Of a stretch of DNA of 32,000 nucleotides, positions 16,289-25,853 are shown piece after piece. The stretch covers positions 2,280,001 to 2,312,000 of the forward strand of contig CAWJMG010000003.1 in NCBI GenBank assembly GCA_963843975.1, written 5' to 3'. The first letter of the stretch is position 1, and each line of letters starts with the position of its first letter. The translations under genes were made by a program, and so were the position numbers. This stretch comes from an uncultured Actinomycetes bacterium. Its GTDB lineage: Bacteria; Actinomycetota; Actinomycetes; S36-B12; CAIYMF01. Under the pieces are notes generated by a model. It was not told the DNA's origin. It saw only the letters and a program-made list of their open reading frames with translations, and ran no database searches.

Positions 16289-17143
16289 TCAGGCGCGGAA
16301 GGGGCTCGCGGGGTAGGTGCCGAGCATGCGCACCGAGCTCGAGAAGAACGTGAGCTCCTCGAGGGCCAGCGCGAGGCTGCGCTCCTCGGGGTGACCCTCG
16401 ACGTCGGCGTAGAACTCCGTCGCCGTGAAGGTGCCGTCGAGCTGGTAGCTCTCGAGCTTGGTCATGTTGACGCCGTTGGTGGCGAAGCCGCCCATCGCCT
16501 TGTAGAGCGCGGCGGGGACGTTGCGCACCCGGAAGACGAACGACGTCACGACCGGCGTCTCGCCGAGCGGGGGCACCTGCGGCTCCCGAGCCAGCACGAC
16601 GAAGCGCGTGGTGTTGCCGTGCTCGTCCTCGACGTCCTCCGCGAGCACCTCGAGCCCGTAGAGCTCGGCCGCCCGGCGCGGTGCGAGCGCGGCGACCGCG
16701 GGGTCGCCGAGCTCGGCGATGGCCCGCGCCGCGCCGGCGGTGTCGTCGGCGACGACGGCGCGCCAGCCCTGCTCGCGCACGAGGCGTCGGCACTGGCCGA
16801 GGGCGTGGATGTGGCTGCGCACGGTCGTGATCTGGTCGATCGCGGTGCCGGGCAGCGCCATGAGCTGGAAGTGGATCGGCATGAAGTACTCGCCGATGAT
16901 GTGCAGGCCGGAGCCGGGCAGCAGGTGGTGGATGTCGGCCACGCGGCCGGCGATCGAGTTCTCGATCGGGATCATCGCGAGGTCGGCGTCGCCGGTCACC
17001 ACAGCGGCGAGGGCGTCCTCGAAGGTCGCCGCCGGGACGGTCTCGACGTCCGGGTAGACCACCTGGCAGGCAGCGTCGGAGTTGGACCCCGGCTCGCCCT
17101 GGTAGGAGATGCGCGTCGCGGTGGCGGGATCGTTGCTGGGCAC
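16289..17143 (-). CDS. pheA: Prephenate dehydratase
   Basis: Track ORF 16289..17143 (GTG start). Contains RISYQGEPGSNSD, AMIPIENSIAGRV, a TRF motif (NTTRFVVL) and a C-terminal ACT-like region (TSFVFRVRNVPAALYKAMGGFATNGVNMTKLESY). Confidence 0.9.
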   Translation of the reverse strand: MPSNDPATATRISYQGEPGSNSDAACQVVYPDVETVPAATFEDALAAVVTGDADLAMIPIENSIAGRVADIHHLLPGSGLHIIGEYFMPIHFQLMALPGTAIDQITTVRSHIHALGQCRRLVREQGWRAVVADDTAGAARAIAELGDPAVAALAPRRAAELYGLEVLAEDVEDEHGNTTRFVVLAREPQVPPLGETPVVTSFVFRVRNVPAALYKAMGGFATNGVNMTKLESYQLDGTFTATEFYADVEGHPEERSLALALEELTFFSSSVRMLGTYPASPFRA

Positions 17144-17214
17144 GCGACGAGCCTAGGGCCGTCCGGTCGCGCGCCCCCACCCGGATCCCCGCGCCGAGGC
17201 ACGTCGGGACGCGC

Positions 17215-17248
17215 GAACGGCCCGGGACCGCGAGGTCCCGGGCCGTTC
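17215..17248 (-). terminator. Perfect 15-bp hairpin downstream of groEL2
   Basis: GAACGGCCCGGGACC-GCGA-GGTCCCGGGCCGTTC, 35 nt beyond the groEL2 stop codon. Confidence 0.65.
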
Positions 17249-17282
17249 TGCGATCAGGTCGAGCGGTACGACGTCTGACGGA

Positions 17283-19082
<1,800 letters not shown>

Positions 19083-19090
19083 CGCCATTG

Positions 19091-19117
19091 TTGGCACTCT
19101 CGGGGTCCGAGTGCAAG
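19091..19117. promoter_or_regulatory. CIRCE-like HrcA operator 2 upstream of groEL2
   Basis: TTGGCACTC-N9-GAGTGCAAG. The left arm matches 8/9 and the right arm 7/9. Confidence 0.7.
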
Positions 19118-19211
19118 CCACGACCACCCCTCGGCCCCCTCGCCCCGACCCTCTCGAGCGCCCTCCCCGGACGCCGCGCGTCCGGAGGCCGGAGAGGGAC
19201 ACAATGACGGC

Positions 19212-19559
19212 ATGAGCACCAACGAGCGCGAGTACACGGGCCTCGGCCACGGCGACGAGGACGAGAAGTACGACGGTCCTGCGTACCCGGGCCGCGGGCA
19301 GGCGGGCGACGAGGTCGCCGACGCGCTCGAGACGGACCTGACCGAGGAGTACGGCTCGGACGACCCCGCCGCGGCGTTCGCACCCCACCGCGAGGGCCAT
19401 CGCGAGGTCATCGTCGGCCGGCTCACCGAGGACCAGGACGCCCTCGAGAGCGAGCACGACGACGTCACCGCCCACGACTCGGGCGAGGACGACGACCTGA
19501 CCGCCGAAGAGGCTGCGCTGCACTACGTCGACCCGGAGCACGACCCGATCCCCGAGTAG
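19212..19559 (+). CDS. Highly acidic hypothetical protein (resembles the DUF5709 family)
   Basis: Track ORF 19212..19559 with a GGAGAGGG Shine-Dalgarno site upstream. The protein is Asp/Glu-rich and has a C-terminal LTAEEAALHYV motif, which I associate with DUF5709. The family assignment is from memory only. Confidence 0.7.
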   Translation: MSTNEREYTGLGHGDEDEKYDGPAYPGRGQAGDEVADALETDLTEEYGSDDPAAAFAPHREGHREVIVGRLTEDQDALESEHDDVTAHDSGEDDDLTAEEAALHYVDPEHDPIPE

Positions 19560-19625
19560 GTCGCCACACGTCCCTCGGGAACAGGTACCCAGCCCTCCTG
19601 TCGTCGAGGGGCCCCGGATCGCCCG

Positions 19626-19657
19626 ACGGCACCGAGCACGCGAGCGCCCGGTGCCGT
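19626..19657 (+). terminator. Hairpin downstream of the acidic-protein gene
   Basis: ACGGCACCG-(14 nt)-CGGTGCCGT, a 9-bp stem, followed by TTCTGCGTCTG. Confidence 0.45.
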
Positions 19658-19841
19658 TCTGCGTCTGCCGGCATCGCGCGGTGCCCGAGATGCCCGTTTC
19701 ATCACACTTCGGTGACGTCCGCCGCACGAGTTCGGTCGGCGGGGTCGCGGCATGTCACAGTGTCCGCGCGTCAGCGACGGGGGGCCTCTCGCAGGGAACC
19801 GGACCTCGACGCCGTCCCCCTACCGAGAGAGGTGTCCGCGG

Positions 19842-20831
19842 ATGCTCCGCAGCACGTTCCGTCCCCTGGTCGCGGTGCTCGCGACCGCCCTCCTGTCCGC
19901 CGGCGTGGTCGCTGTGGCGGCTCCCGCCGAGGCGGCCGTCGTCTCGGTGCACATCCAGAAGGCGCCCGTCGGCTCCTGCCTGGTCCCCAAGGTGAAGTCC
20001 ACGACGGTCGCCGGCCCCTGGGTCTCGGGCGAGCCGTTCTACTTCGCCGAGCAGTCGTGGCGCCTCGCGAGCGGCAACAGCGACGCCTCGATGTACGTCG
20101 CGCCGTGCACCAAGGGCCACGCCGTCGAGATCTTCGCCGCCAAGCAGCTCTTCACCTCGATCAGCCAGATCCCGGCCGCCGGAACCACCGCGTACACGAA
20201 GCTGGTCCGCGAGAAGGTCAACCCCTTCTGCGCGGCCAAGGCGCGCGCCTTCCTCAAGCTGCCGAGCACCGCGAAGCCGCCGTACGTCGCCTACTTCCCG
20301 AGCAAGGCCCAGGCCAAGGCGCTGAAGAGCCTGCGGCTCGTGTGCGCCTTCACCGACGAGGTCGGCAACAAGGACGGCTCGTCGACGATGTACTCCATCG
20401 GCAACAAGACGTGGAAGTACTCCGGCAAGAACTACTTCGCCTCCACACCCGTCGCACCGACCGTGGGCTCGGCGACGCTGACCTGCGAGCCCGCCGTCGG
20501 CAGCCTGACCATCACGCGCACGCTGGCAATCAAGGCCGACCAGCGCTGGATCGTCCCGACGAGCCTCACGTTCGACGGGATCTCGTTCCTCGACCCGACG
20601 ACGCTCACCACGCCCGCCTCGATCGTGTCCACGTGGGGCTACCCGGCGCAGACCCCGTCGGCGACGTCGCTGTCGGTGGCCGAGTCGTGGTCCGTCCCGG
20701 CCGGCACGCTGAGCGTCACCGCGCCCGGCACGATCACGACGCACTGGTTCGGCACGACCGGCAAGGCGCTCACCTACACGCTCCCCACCACGGCGACCAC
20801 GCTCGACACGTCGCTCTGCGGCGTCGTCTGA
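19842..20831 (+). CDS. Secreted hypothetical protein (329 aa) with a septum-formation-family-like Cys/His pattern and a Thr/Ser-rich C-terminal half
   Basis: In-frame ATG 19842 within track ORF 19752..20831, with a GAGAGAGG Shine-Dalgarno site. Signal peptide MLRSTFRPLVAVLATALLSAGVVAVAAPAEA|A. The segment CTKGHAVEIFAAKQL...PFCAAKARAFL...LRLVC resembles the conserved-Cys pattern of actinobacterial septum-formation-family domains; confidence in that resemblance is low. Confidence 0.7.
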   Translation: MLRSTFRPLVAVLATALLSAGVVAVAAPAEAAVVSVHIQKAPVGSCLVPKVKSTTVAGPWVSGEPFYFAEQSWRLASGNSDASMYVAPCTKGHAVEIFAAKQLFTSISQIPAAGTTAYTKLVREKVNPFCAAKARAFLKLPSTAKPPYVAYFPSKAQAKALKSLRLVCAFTDEVGNKDGSSTMYSIGNKTWKYSGKNYFASTPVAPTVGSATLTCEPAVGSLTITRTLAIKADQRWIVPTSLTFDGISFLDPTTLTTPASIVSTWGYPAQTPSATSLSVAESWSVPAGTLSVTAPGTITTHWFGTTGKALTYTLPTTATTLDTSLCGVV

Positions 20832-20849
20832 CCGAGCACCCGTACGACA

Positions 20850-20883
20850 GAGCCCCGCCCCCGTGGACACGGTGGCGGGGCTC
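20850..20883. terminator. Compound hairpin between convergent genes
   Basis: GAGCCCCGCC-C-CCGTG-GA-CACGG-T-GGCGGGGCTC. It lies between the stop at 20831 (+) and the mgsA stop at 20906 (-). Confidence 0.55.
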
Positions 20884-20905
20884 CGTCGTTCGTGAGCGCC
20901 GCTGG

Positions 20906-21322
20906 TCAGGCGGCCTCGCGTGCCGAGAACAGCGGCGAGGAGATGAGGTGGTCGGCGGTCGCACGGTTGCACGCCGTCGGCAGGTCGCGCAGGACGCAGA
21001 TGCGCAGCAGCGCCTTCACGTCGGGGTCGTGCGGCTGGGGCTCGAGCGGGTCCCAGAAGAAGACCAGCATGTCGATCTCGCCCTGCACGATCTGGGCGCC
21101 GATCTGCAGGTCGCCACCCATCGGGCCGCTCTCGACGCGCTCGACGGCGAGCTCGAGCCGGTCGTGCAGCAGGCTCCCGGTGGTGCCGGTAGCCACCAGA
21201 CGGTGGCGCATGAGCGTCTCGACGTTGTACGCCGCCCACTCCAGGAGGTCGTCCTTCTTGTTGTCGTGCGCGATGAGCGCGATGCGACGCGGGGTGCCGG
21301 AGCTGAGGGCGGTGACGTTCAT
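20906..21322 (-). CDS. mgsA: Methylglyoxal synthase
   Basis: Track ORF 20906..21322. Contains RIALIAHDNKKDDLLEWA...LVATGTTG...GPMGGDLQIGAQI...IDMLVFFWDPLEPQPHDPDVKALLR. Confidence 0.92.
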   Translation of the reverse strand: MNVTALSSGTPRRIALIAHDNKKDDLLEWAAYNVETLMRHRLVATGTTGSLLHDRLELAVERVESGPMGGDLQIGAQIVQGEIDMLVFFWDPLEPQPHDPDVKALLRICVLRDLPTACNRATADHLISSPLFSAREAA

Positions 21323-21389
21323 GCCCTCAGCGTGACCGGCGTGGATGAACCAGCGGTTGCGACGCCATGTCCCCCGTGTGGACCGGCCT

Positions 21390-21671
21390 TCAGCCGCCGG
21401 CGACCGCGGGGATGATCGAGACCTTGGTGCCGGCGGGCGTCGGGGCGTCGAGGCCGCCCACGAAGCGGACGTCCTCGTCGTCGGCGTACACGTTGACGAA
21501 GCGGCGCAGCTTGCCGTCCTCGTCGAGCACGCGCGCCTTGATGCCGGGGGCCGCGGCCTCGAGGGCCTCGAGCACGGCGGCCAGGGTGTCGCCCTCGGGC
21601 TCGACGGTCACCTCGTTGGCGCCGTCGGTGTAAGTACGCAGGATCGTCGGGATCCGGATCGACACGCTCAT
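21390..21671 (-). CDS. ThiS/MoaD-family sulfur-carrier protein (CysO/MetO-like), C-terminal GG
   Basis: Track ORF 21390..21671, 93 aa, ending ...KVSIIPAVAGG. The N-terminus MSVSIRIPTILRTYTDG is typical of CysO-like carriers. Confidence 0.85.
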   Translation of the reverse strand: MSVSIRIPTILRTYTDGANEVTVEPEGDTLAAVLEALEAAAPGIKARVLDEDGKLRRFVNVYADDEDVRFVGGLDAPTPAGTKVSIIPAVAGG

Positions 21672-21690
21672 GGGGCTGCCTTCTCTCTCG

Positions 21691-23019
21691 TCAGGACTCG
21701 AGCACGTCTTGTGCGTCAGCTGCGGGGGTGGTGAGGACTCGGGTGACCTCGTCGACGTCGGCGTCGATCGTGGCGGTCGGGCCCACGTGGCCGAGGACGG
21801 CGTCGAGGGTCTTGAGGCCGTCGCCGGTGTTGAGCAGGACGGTCTCGGCGGCCGGGTCGGCCGCGCCGGAGGCGAGCAGCTGGCGCAGGACCGCCACGGT
21901 CACCCCGCCCGCGGTCTCGGCGAAGATGCCCTCGGTCTCGGCCAGCAGCCGGATGCCGTCGGTCACCTCGGCGTCGCTGACATCGCCGATGGCGCCGCCG
22001 CTGCGGCGTACGGCGTCGAGCGCGTACGGGCCGTCGGCCGGGTTCCCGATCGCCAGCGACTTGGCGATCGTGTTCGGGCGCTGCGGCCGCACGACGTCGT
22101 GGCCCTCGCGGAACGCGACCGACACCGGCGAGCAGCCGGTGGCCTGCGCGCCGAAGACCTTGTACGGCGTGTCCTGAACGAGGCCGAGCTCGACGAACTC
22201 GCGGAACGCCTTGTCCACCTTGGTGAGCAGCGATCCCGACGCGATGGGCGAGATCACCTGGGCAGGCACGCGCCAGCCGAGCTGCTCGGCGATCTCGTAG
22301 CCGACGGTCTTGGAGCCCTCGGCGTAGTACGGCCGGAGGTTGACGTTGACGAAGCCCCAGTCGGCGGTCAGCGGGTCGCCGATCAGCTCGGAGCACAGAC
22401 GGTTCACGTCGTCGTAGCTGCCGTTGACCGCGAGCAGCGTGCCGCCGTACGTCGCAGCCGTGACGACCTTGCCGTCCTCGAGGTCCGACGGGATGACGAC
22501 GACGGACTTCTGGCCGCCGCGGGCTGCAGCCGCGGCCACCGCGCCGGCGAGGTTGCCGGTCGAGGCGCAGGCGATGGTGCCGAGGCCGAGGCGGCGGGCC
22601 GCGCTCTGCGCGACGGCGACGACGCGGTCCTTGAACGAGTGGGTCGGGTTGCCGCTGTCGTCCTTGACCCAGAGCGTGCCGGTCATGCCGAGGGCGCGCG
22701 CGAGGTTGTCGGCACGGACGAGGCGGGTCATGCCCGGGTTGAGGTTCGGCTCGTCGCCGGCGTACGACGCGACCGGCAGCAGGCCGGCGTAGCGCCAGAT
22801 GTTCTGCGGTCCCGCCTCGATGCTCTCGCGGGTGACGGAGCCGAAGTCGTAGCCGACCTCGAGCGGGCCGAAGCACTCGATGCAGGCGTAGGCCGCGCCG
22901 AGCGCGTAGGCGGCGCCGCACTCGCGACAGGTCAGGCGCGTGGCGGGACCGAAGTCGGGCGTGGCGGGGGCGGCGTCATCAGCAGGCAGCGCGGACGCGG
23001 GGACGAACGACGTGGACAT
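21691..23019 (-). CDS. Threonine-synthase-fold PLP enzyme with an N-terminal zinc ribbon (candidate homocysteine synthase, MetM-like, rather than ThrC)
   Basis: Track ORF 21691..23019. Contains a CRECG...CIEC zinc-ribbon motif, the PLP-lysine motif NPTHSFKDR and ASTGNLAG. It is directly preceded by a SAM-I riboswitch and followed by a sulfur-carrier gene. Confidence 0.85.
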   Translation of the reverse strand: MSTSFVPASALPADDAAPATPDFGPATRLTCRECGAAYALGAAYACIECFGPLEVGYDFGSVTRESIEAGPQNIWRYAGLLPVASYAGDEPNLNPGMTRLVRADNLARALGMTGTLWVKDDSGNPTHSFKDRVVAVAQSAARRLGLGTIACASTGNLAGAVAAAAARGGQKSVVVIPSDLEDGKVVTAATYGGTLLAVNGSYDDVNRLCSELIGDPLTADWGFVNVNLRPYYAEGSKTVGYEIAEQLGWRVPAQVISPIASGSLLTKVDKAFREFVELGLVQDTPYKVFGAQATGCSPVSVAFREGHDVVRPQRPNTIAKSLAIGNPADGPYALDAVRRSGGAIGDVSDAEVTDGIRLLAETEGIFAETAGGVTVAVLRQLLASGAADPAAETVLLNTGDGLKTLDAVLGHVGPTATIDADVDEVTRVLTTPAADAQDVLES

Positions 23020-23032
23020 GGCGAGGCCTCTC

Positions 23033-23186
23033 TCCTCATCTTCCCCGGCGGCCGGTCGGCTGCCAGGACGGAGTTGGCACCTTCTCCGGTCGGCCTCGCG
23101 CGACGAGAAGATCGTCGCTCGGAGGTTGTCCGGGTGGTTGCCGGGGCTTCATCGGGCCGTATCCCTCTGCCCCTCTGGATGAGCGA
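23033..23186 (-). promoter_or_regulatory. SAM-I (S-box) riboswitch
   Basis: The minus strand reads CUCAUCCAGAGGGGCAGAGGGAUACGGCCCGAUGAAGCCCCGGCAACC...GCGACGA-UCUUC-UCGUCGC...GGUGCCAACUCCGUCCUGGCAGCCGACCGGCCGCCGGGGAAGAUGAG. P1 pairs CUCAUC with GAUGAG. The conserved cores AGAGGGA, GCCCGAUGAA, GGCAACC and GGUGCCAA are in canonical order. A Shine-Dalgarno site and the ATG follow immediately. Confidence 0.85.
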
Positions 23187-23337
23187 TGTTCTGTTGTGCC
23201 GGGCCCGAGGGCCTCGACGGGAGGGAACACGAGCCCGTGGGCAGGCGTTCACACCGTGCGCAAGACTGTACGGGAGTCCCGCCCCTCGGGACGACGGGGG
23301 TCCGGATCGTGAGATACCGGTGAGAGGCAGGAGAGCC

Positions 23338-24312
23338 GTGCGCGAGGACGTCGCAGCCTGGTTCGCACATCGGACGACCACGGCGTCGGACTGGCCGGTG
23401 GACCTGCTCACGACCGTGAAGGGTCCGACCACCGTCAGCGTCGTGCTTCCGGCCCTCAACGAGGAGCCGACGGTCGGCCGCATCGTCGAGATCGTGCATC
23501 GGTCGTTCGGCGCTGCTGCACCCGCGCACCGCCGCCTCGTCGACGAGCTCGTCGTCATCGACGGAGGCTCCACCGACCGCACCGCCGAGATCGCGGCGGC
23601 AGCCGGGGCTCGCGTCGTGCAGCGCGCCGACATCCTCGCCGACCACGTGGGCAGCGGCGGCAAGGGCGAGGCGATGTGGCGGTCGCTGGCCGTCACCAGC
23701 GGCGACATCGTCGTCTTCGTCGACGCCGACCTGCAGTCGTTCACGCCGTCGTACATCACCGGGCTCCTCGGCCCCCTGCTCACCGACGACTCGGTGCACC
23801 TCGTGAAGGCCGTCTACGAGCGGCCGCTGGTCGAGGGCGCGACCGTCGTCCCGGCGGGCGGCGGCCGGGTCACCGAGCTCGTCGCGCGACCGCTGCTCAA
23901 CCTCTTCTGGCCGGAGCTGTCCGGCGTCGTGCAGCCGCTCGCCGGCGAGTACGCCGCCCGCCGATCGCTGCTCGAGTCGCTGCCGTTCCCGTGCGGGTAC
24001 GGCGTCGAGATCGCCCTGCTCGTCGACACCTTCGAGAAGCTCGGCCTCGACGCGATCGCGCAGGTCGACCTCGGCGTGCGCGTGCACCGGCACCACGAGG
24101 AGCGCTTCCTCGGCGTCATGGCCGCCGAGATCATGCGCACCGCGTCGGAGCGGATCCGCCAGCGCGGCGACCTCGTGCCAGGTGCCGAGATCGGCTCGGC
24201 GCTCCTGCAGTTCGACCGCGGCTCCAACGGCTTCACCGTGACCGAGCACGGCGTGGCCGGTCTCGAGATGCCGCCCATGGCCTCGGTGCGCTCGCCCGCG
24301 GTCCATGGCTGA
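23338..24312 (+). CDS. gpgS: Glucosyl-3-phosphoglycerate synthase (GT81)
   Basis: This is the 3' third of track ORF 21670..24312, with a GTG start at 23338 after AGGAGAG (an alternative GTG is at 23320). The segments SVVLPALNEE, GKGEAMWRSLAVTSGDIVVFVDADL, GGGRVTELVARPLL, QPLAGEYAARRSLLESLPF, GYGVEIALLVDTF and LGLDAIAQVDLGVRVHRH closely parallel M. tuberculosis GpgS (Rv1208) as I remember it. Confidence 0.88.
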   Translation: MREDVAAWFAHRTTTASDWPVDLLTTVKGPTTVSVVLPALNEEPTVGRIVEIVHRSFGAAAPAHRRLVDELVVIDGGSTDRTAEIAAAAGARVVQRADILADHVGSGGKGEAMWRSLAVTSGDIVVFVDADLQSFTPSYITGLLGPLLTDDSVHLVKAVYERPLVEGATVVPAGGGRVTELVARPLLNLFWPELSGVVQPLAGEYAARRSLLESLPFPCGYGVEIALLVDTFEKLGLDAIAQVDLGVRVHRHHEERFLGVMAAEIMRTASERIRQRGDLVPGAEIGSALLQFDRGSNGFTVTEHGVAGLEMPPMASVRSPAVHG

Positions 24313-24736
24313 GCCGATCGCACCGGCGTACCGGCTGCGCCAGCTGGTCAACGCGATCAACTTCTCCACCCTCGCCGGGCTGCTCCTGGCCAAGAGCGAG
24401 AGCGCGCGGTTCGAGAAGGGGCCGAACGGCCTGGTGCTCGCCCGCGGGGCGCAGTGCACCTTCCCGAAGGCCGGCGCGGTGACGGTGGGGAACGTCGTGA
24501 TCCTGCGCACCGACCACGTCACCGACGCGCTGCTGCGGCACGAGGGAAGGCACGCCACCCAGTGGGCGTGGTGCGTGCTCATCTTCCTGCCGCTGTACCT
24601 GGTCGCGGTCGCGTGGTCGTACGCCCGCACCGGAGATCACTTCAGCCGCAACTGGTTCGAGCGTCGCGCGGGTCTCGCGGACGGCGGCTACACCGAGCAC
24701 CCCACCCGCGGCGAGCGCCGCAGGGCGACCGGCTGA
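24305..24736 (+). CDS. Hypothetical membrane-associated protein with an HExxH motif
   Basis: Track ORF 24305..24736, with an 8-nt overlap onto the gpgS stop. HEGRH lies just before a hydrophobic helix (WAWCVLIFLPLYLVAVAW). Confidence 0.65.
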   Translation: MAEPIAPAYRLRQLVNAINFSTLAGLLLAKSESARFEKGPNGLVLARGAQCTFPKAGAVTVGNVVILRTDHVTDALLRHEGRHATQWAWCVLIFLPLYLVAVAWSYARTGDHFSRNWFERRAGLADGGYTEHPTRGERRRATG

Positions 24737-24739
24737 GCG

Positions 24740-25450
24740 TCAGCTCTTGGGGTAGTCGTCCATCACGACGATCGTGATGCGGTTGGTGCGCATCGAGCCG
24801 ATCGGCGCCTTCGTGGCGTCGGCGGCCTCGAGGTCGCGACGCATCGTCGCGGCGGCGTCCTCCCGCCCGTCGACGAACACCGTCGTCGTCTCGACGCCGC
24901 CGGCCCGCCAGTTGCCGATCGACACGACGGTCCAGCCGAGCTTCTTGAGGTCCGCGGCCACCTTGGCGGCGAGGCCAGTGCGGCGGGTGCCGTTGAGGAT
25001 GGTGACCGGCACCGAACGGTCGATGACGACGGAGGTTGCAGACTCCGAGGGCGAGGCAGACGTGGTGGGCGACTGCGTCGCCGACTCCGTCGGGGTCGCC
25101 GAGGTCGACGGCTCGGCGCTCGTCGGCGTCGTGGACGGGGACTCGGTAGGCGTCGGGCTCGACGTGACGGACACCGTCGGAGTCGCCGAGGGGGAGGACG
25201 CAGAGTCGGCCGTGTCCTCGGACTGCAGGTGGCCCCAGGCCGCGAACACCGCGACGGCAGCGACCACTGCCAGCGCGAGGGGAAGGACGACGCGGCCGAG
25301 CGGGGAGGGCGTGCCCTCGACGGGGGGCTTGGCGCGGCGACCGGGGGTGCGCGCGGGGAGGACGTCCTCGGGCCCGTCGGCGAGGTCGTGGTGCGGTTGA
25401 TCCTCAGGAGGGGTCACGGCCGAGCCGTTCTCGTCATCGATCGGGGTCAT
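24740..25450 (-). CDS. LytR C-terminal (LytR_C) domain membrane protein with a Ser/Thr/Pro-rich linker
   Basis: Track ORF 24740..25450 with a GGAGG Shine-Dalgarno site. One TM helix (VVLPLALAVVAAVAVFAAW) is followed by an STP-rich linker. The C-terminal VTILNGTRRTGLAAKVAADLKKLGWTVVSIGN is typical of LytR_C. Confidence 0.8.
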   Translation of the reverse strand: MTPIDDENGSAVTPPEDQPHHDLADGPEDVLPARTPGRRAKPPVEGTPSPLGRVVLPLALAVVAAVAVFAAWGHLQSEDTADSASSPSATPTVSVTSSPTPTESPSTTPTSAEPSTSATPTESATQSPTTSASPSESATSVVIDRSVPVTILNGTRRTGLAAKVAADLKKLGWTVVSIGNWRAGGVETTTVFVDGREDAAATMRRDLEAADATKAPIGSMRTNRITIVVMDDYPKS

Positions 25451-25487
25451 CGCTGCCTCCGGTGCTCGGGGGCGGGAGCGAGCGTCG

Positions 25488-25778
25488 TTACAGCTCGATG
25501 CCGAGGCGGCGAGCCGAGCGGGCGCGCTGGCGCGAGGCGCGCATGCGGCGCAGGCGCTTGACGAGCATGGGGTCGGCCTCGAGAGCGGCCGGGTTGTCGA
25601 GCAGCGTGTTGAGCACCTGGTAGTAGCGGGTGGCGCTCATGTCGAACAGCTCGCGGATCGCCTGCTCCTTGGCGCCGGCGTACTTCCACCACTGGCGCTC
25701 GAACTCGAGGATCTCGCGGTCACGGTCGGACAGGACCTCGTGGGCCTGAGTCGTCCCGACGGCGCGCGCGGCATCCAT
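25488..25778 (-). CDS. DUF3263 domain protein
   Basis: Track ORF 25488..25778. LSDRDREILEFERQWWKYAGAKEQAIRELFDMSATRYYQVLNTLLDNPAALEADPMLVKRLRRMRASRQRARSARRLG is the DUF3263 signature. Confidence 0.85.
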   Translation of the reverse strand: MDAARAVGTTQAHEVLSDRDREILEFERQWWKYAGAKEQAIRELFDMSATRYYQVLNTLLDNPAALEADPMLVKRLRRMRASRQRARSARRLGIEL

Positions 25779-25853
25779 CGCGGCGATCCCCTCTCGTGCG
25801 TCCGACGGTCGCCGTACGGCGCCCGGCGCACCCTCGGCGGGGTGCGTGGCGCC

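Noticed and set aside
21670-23337. N-terminal two-thirds of the 880-aa ORF 21670..24312
   Set aside because: This part is antisense to the ThrC-like gene and to the SAM riboswitch. Only the last 324 codons (gpgS) show homology.
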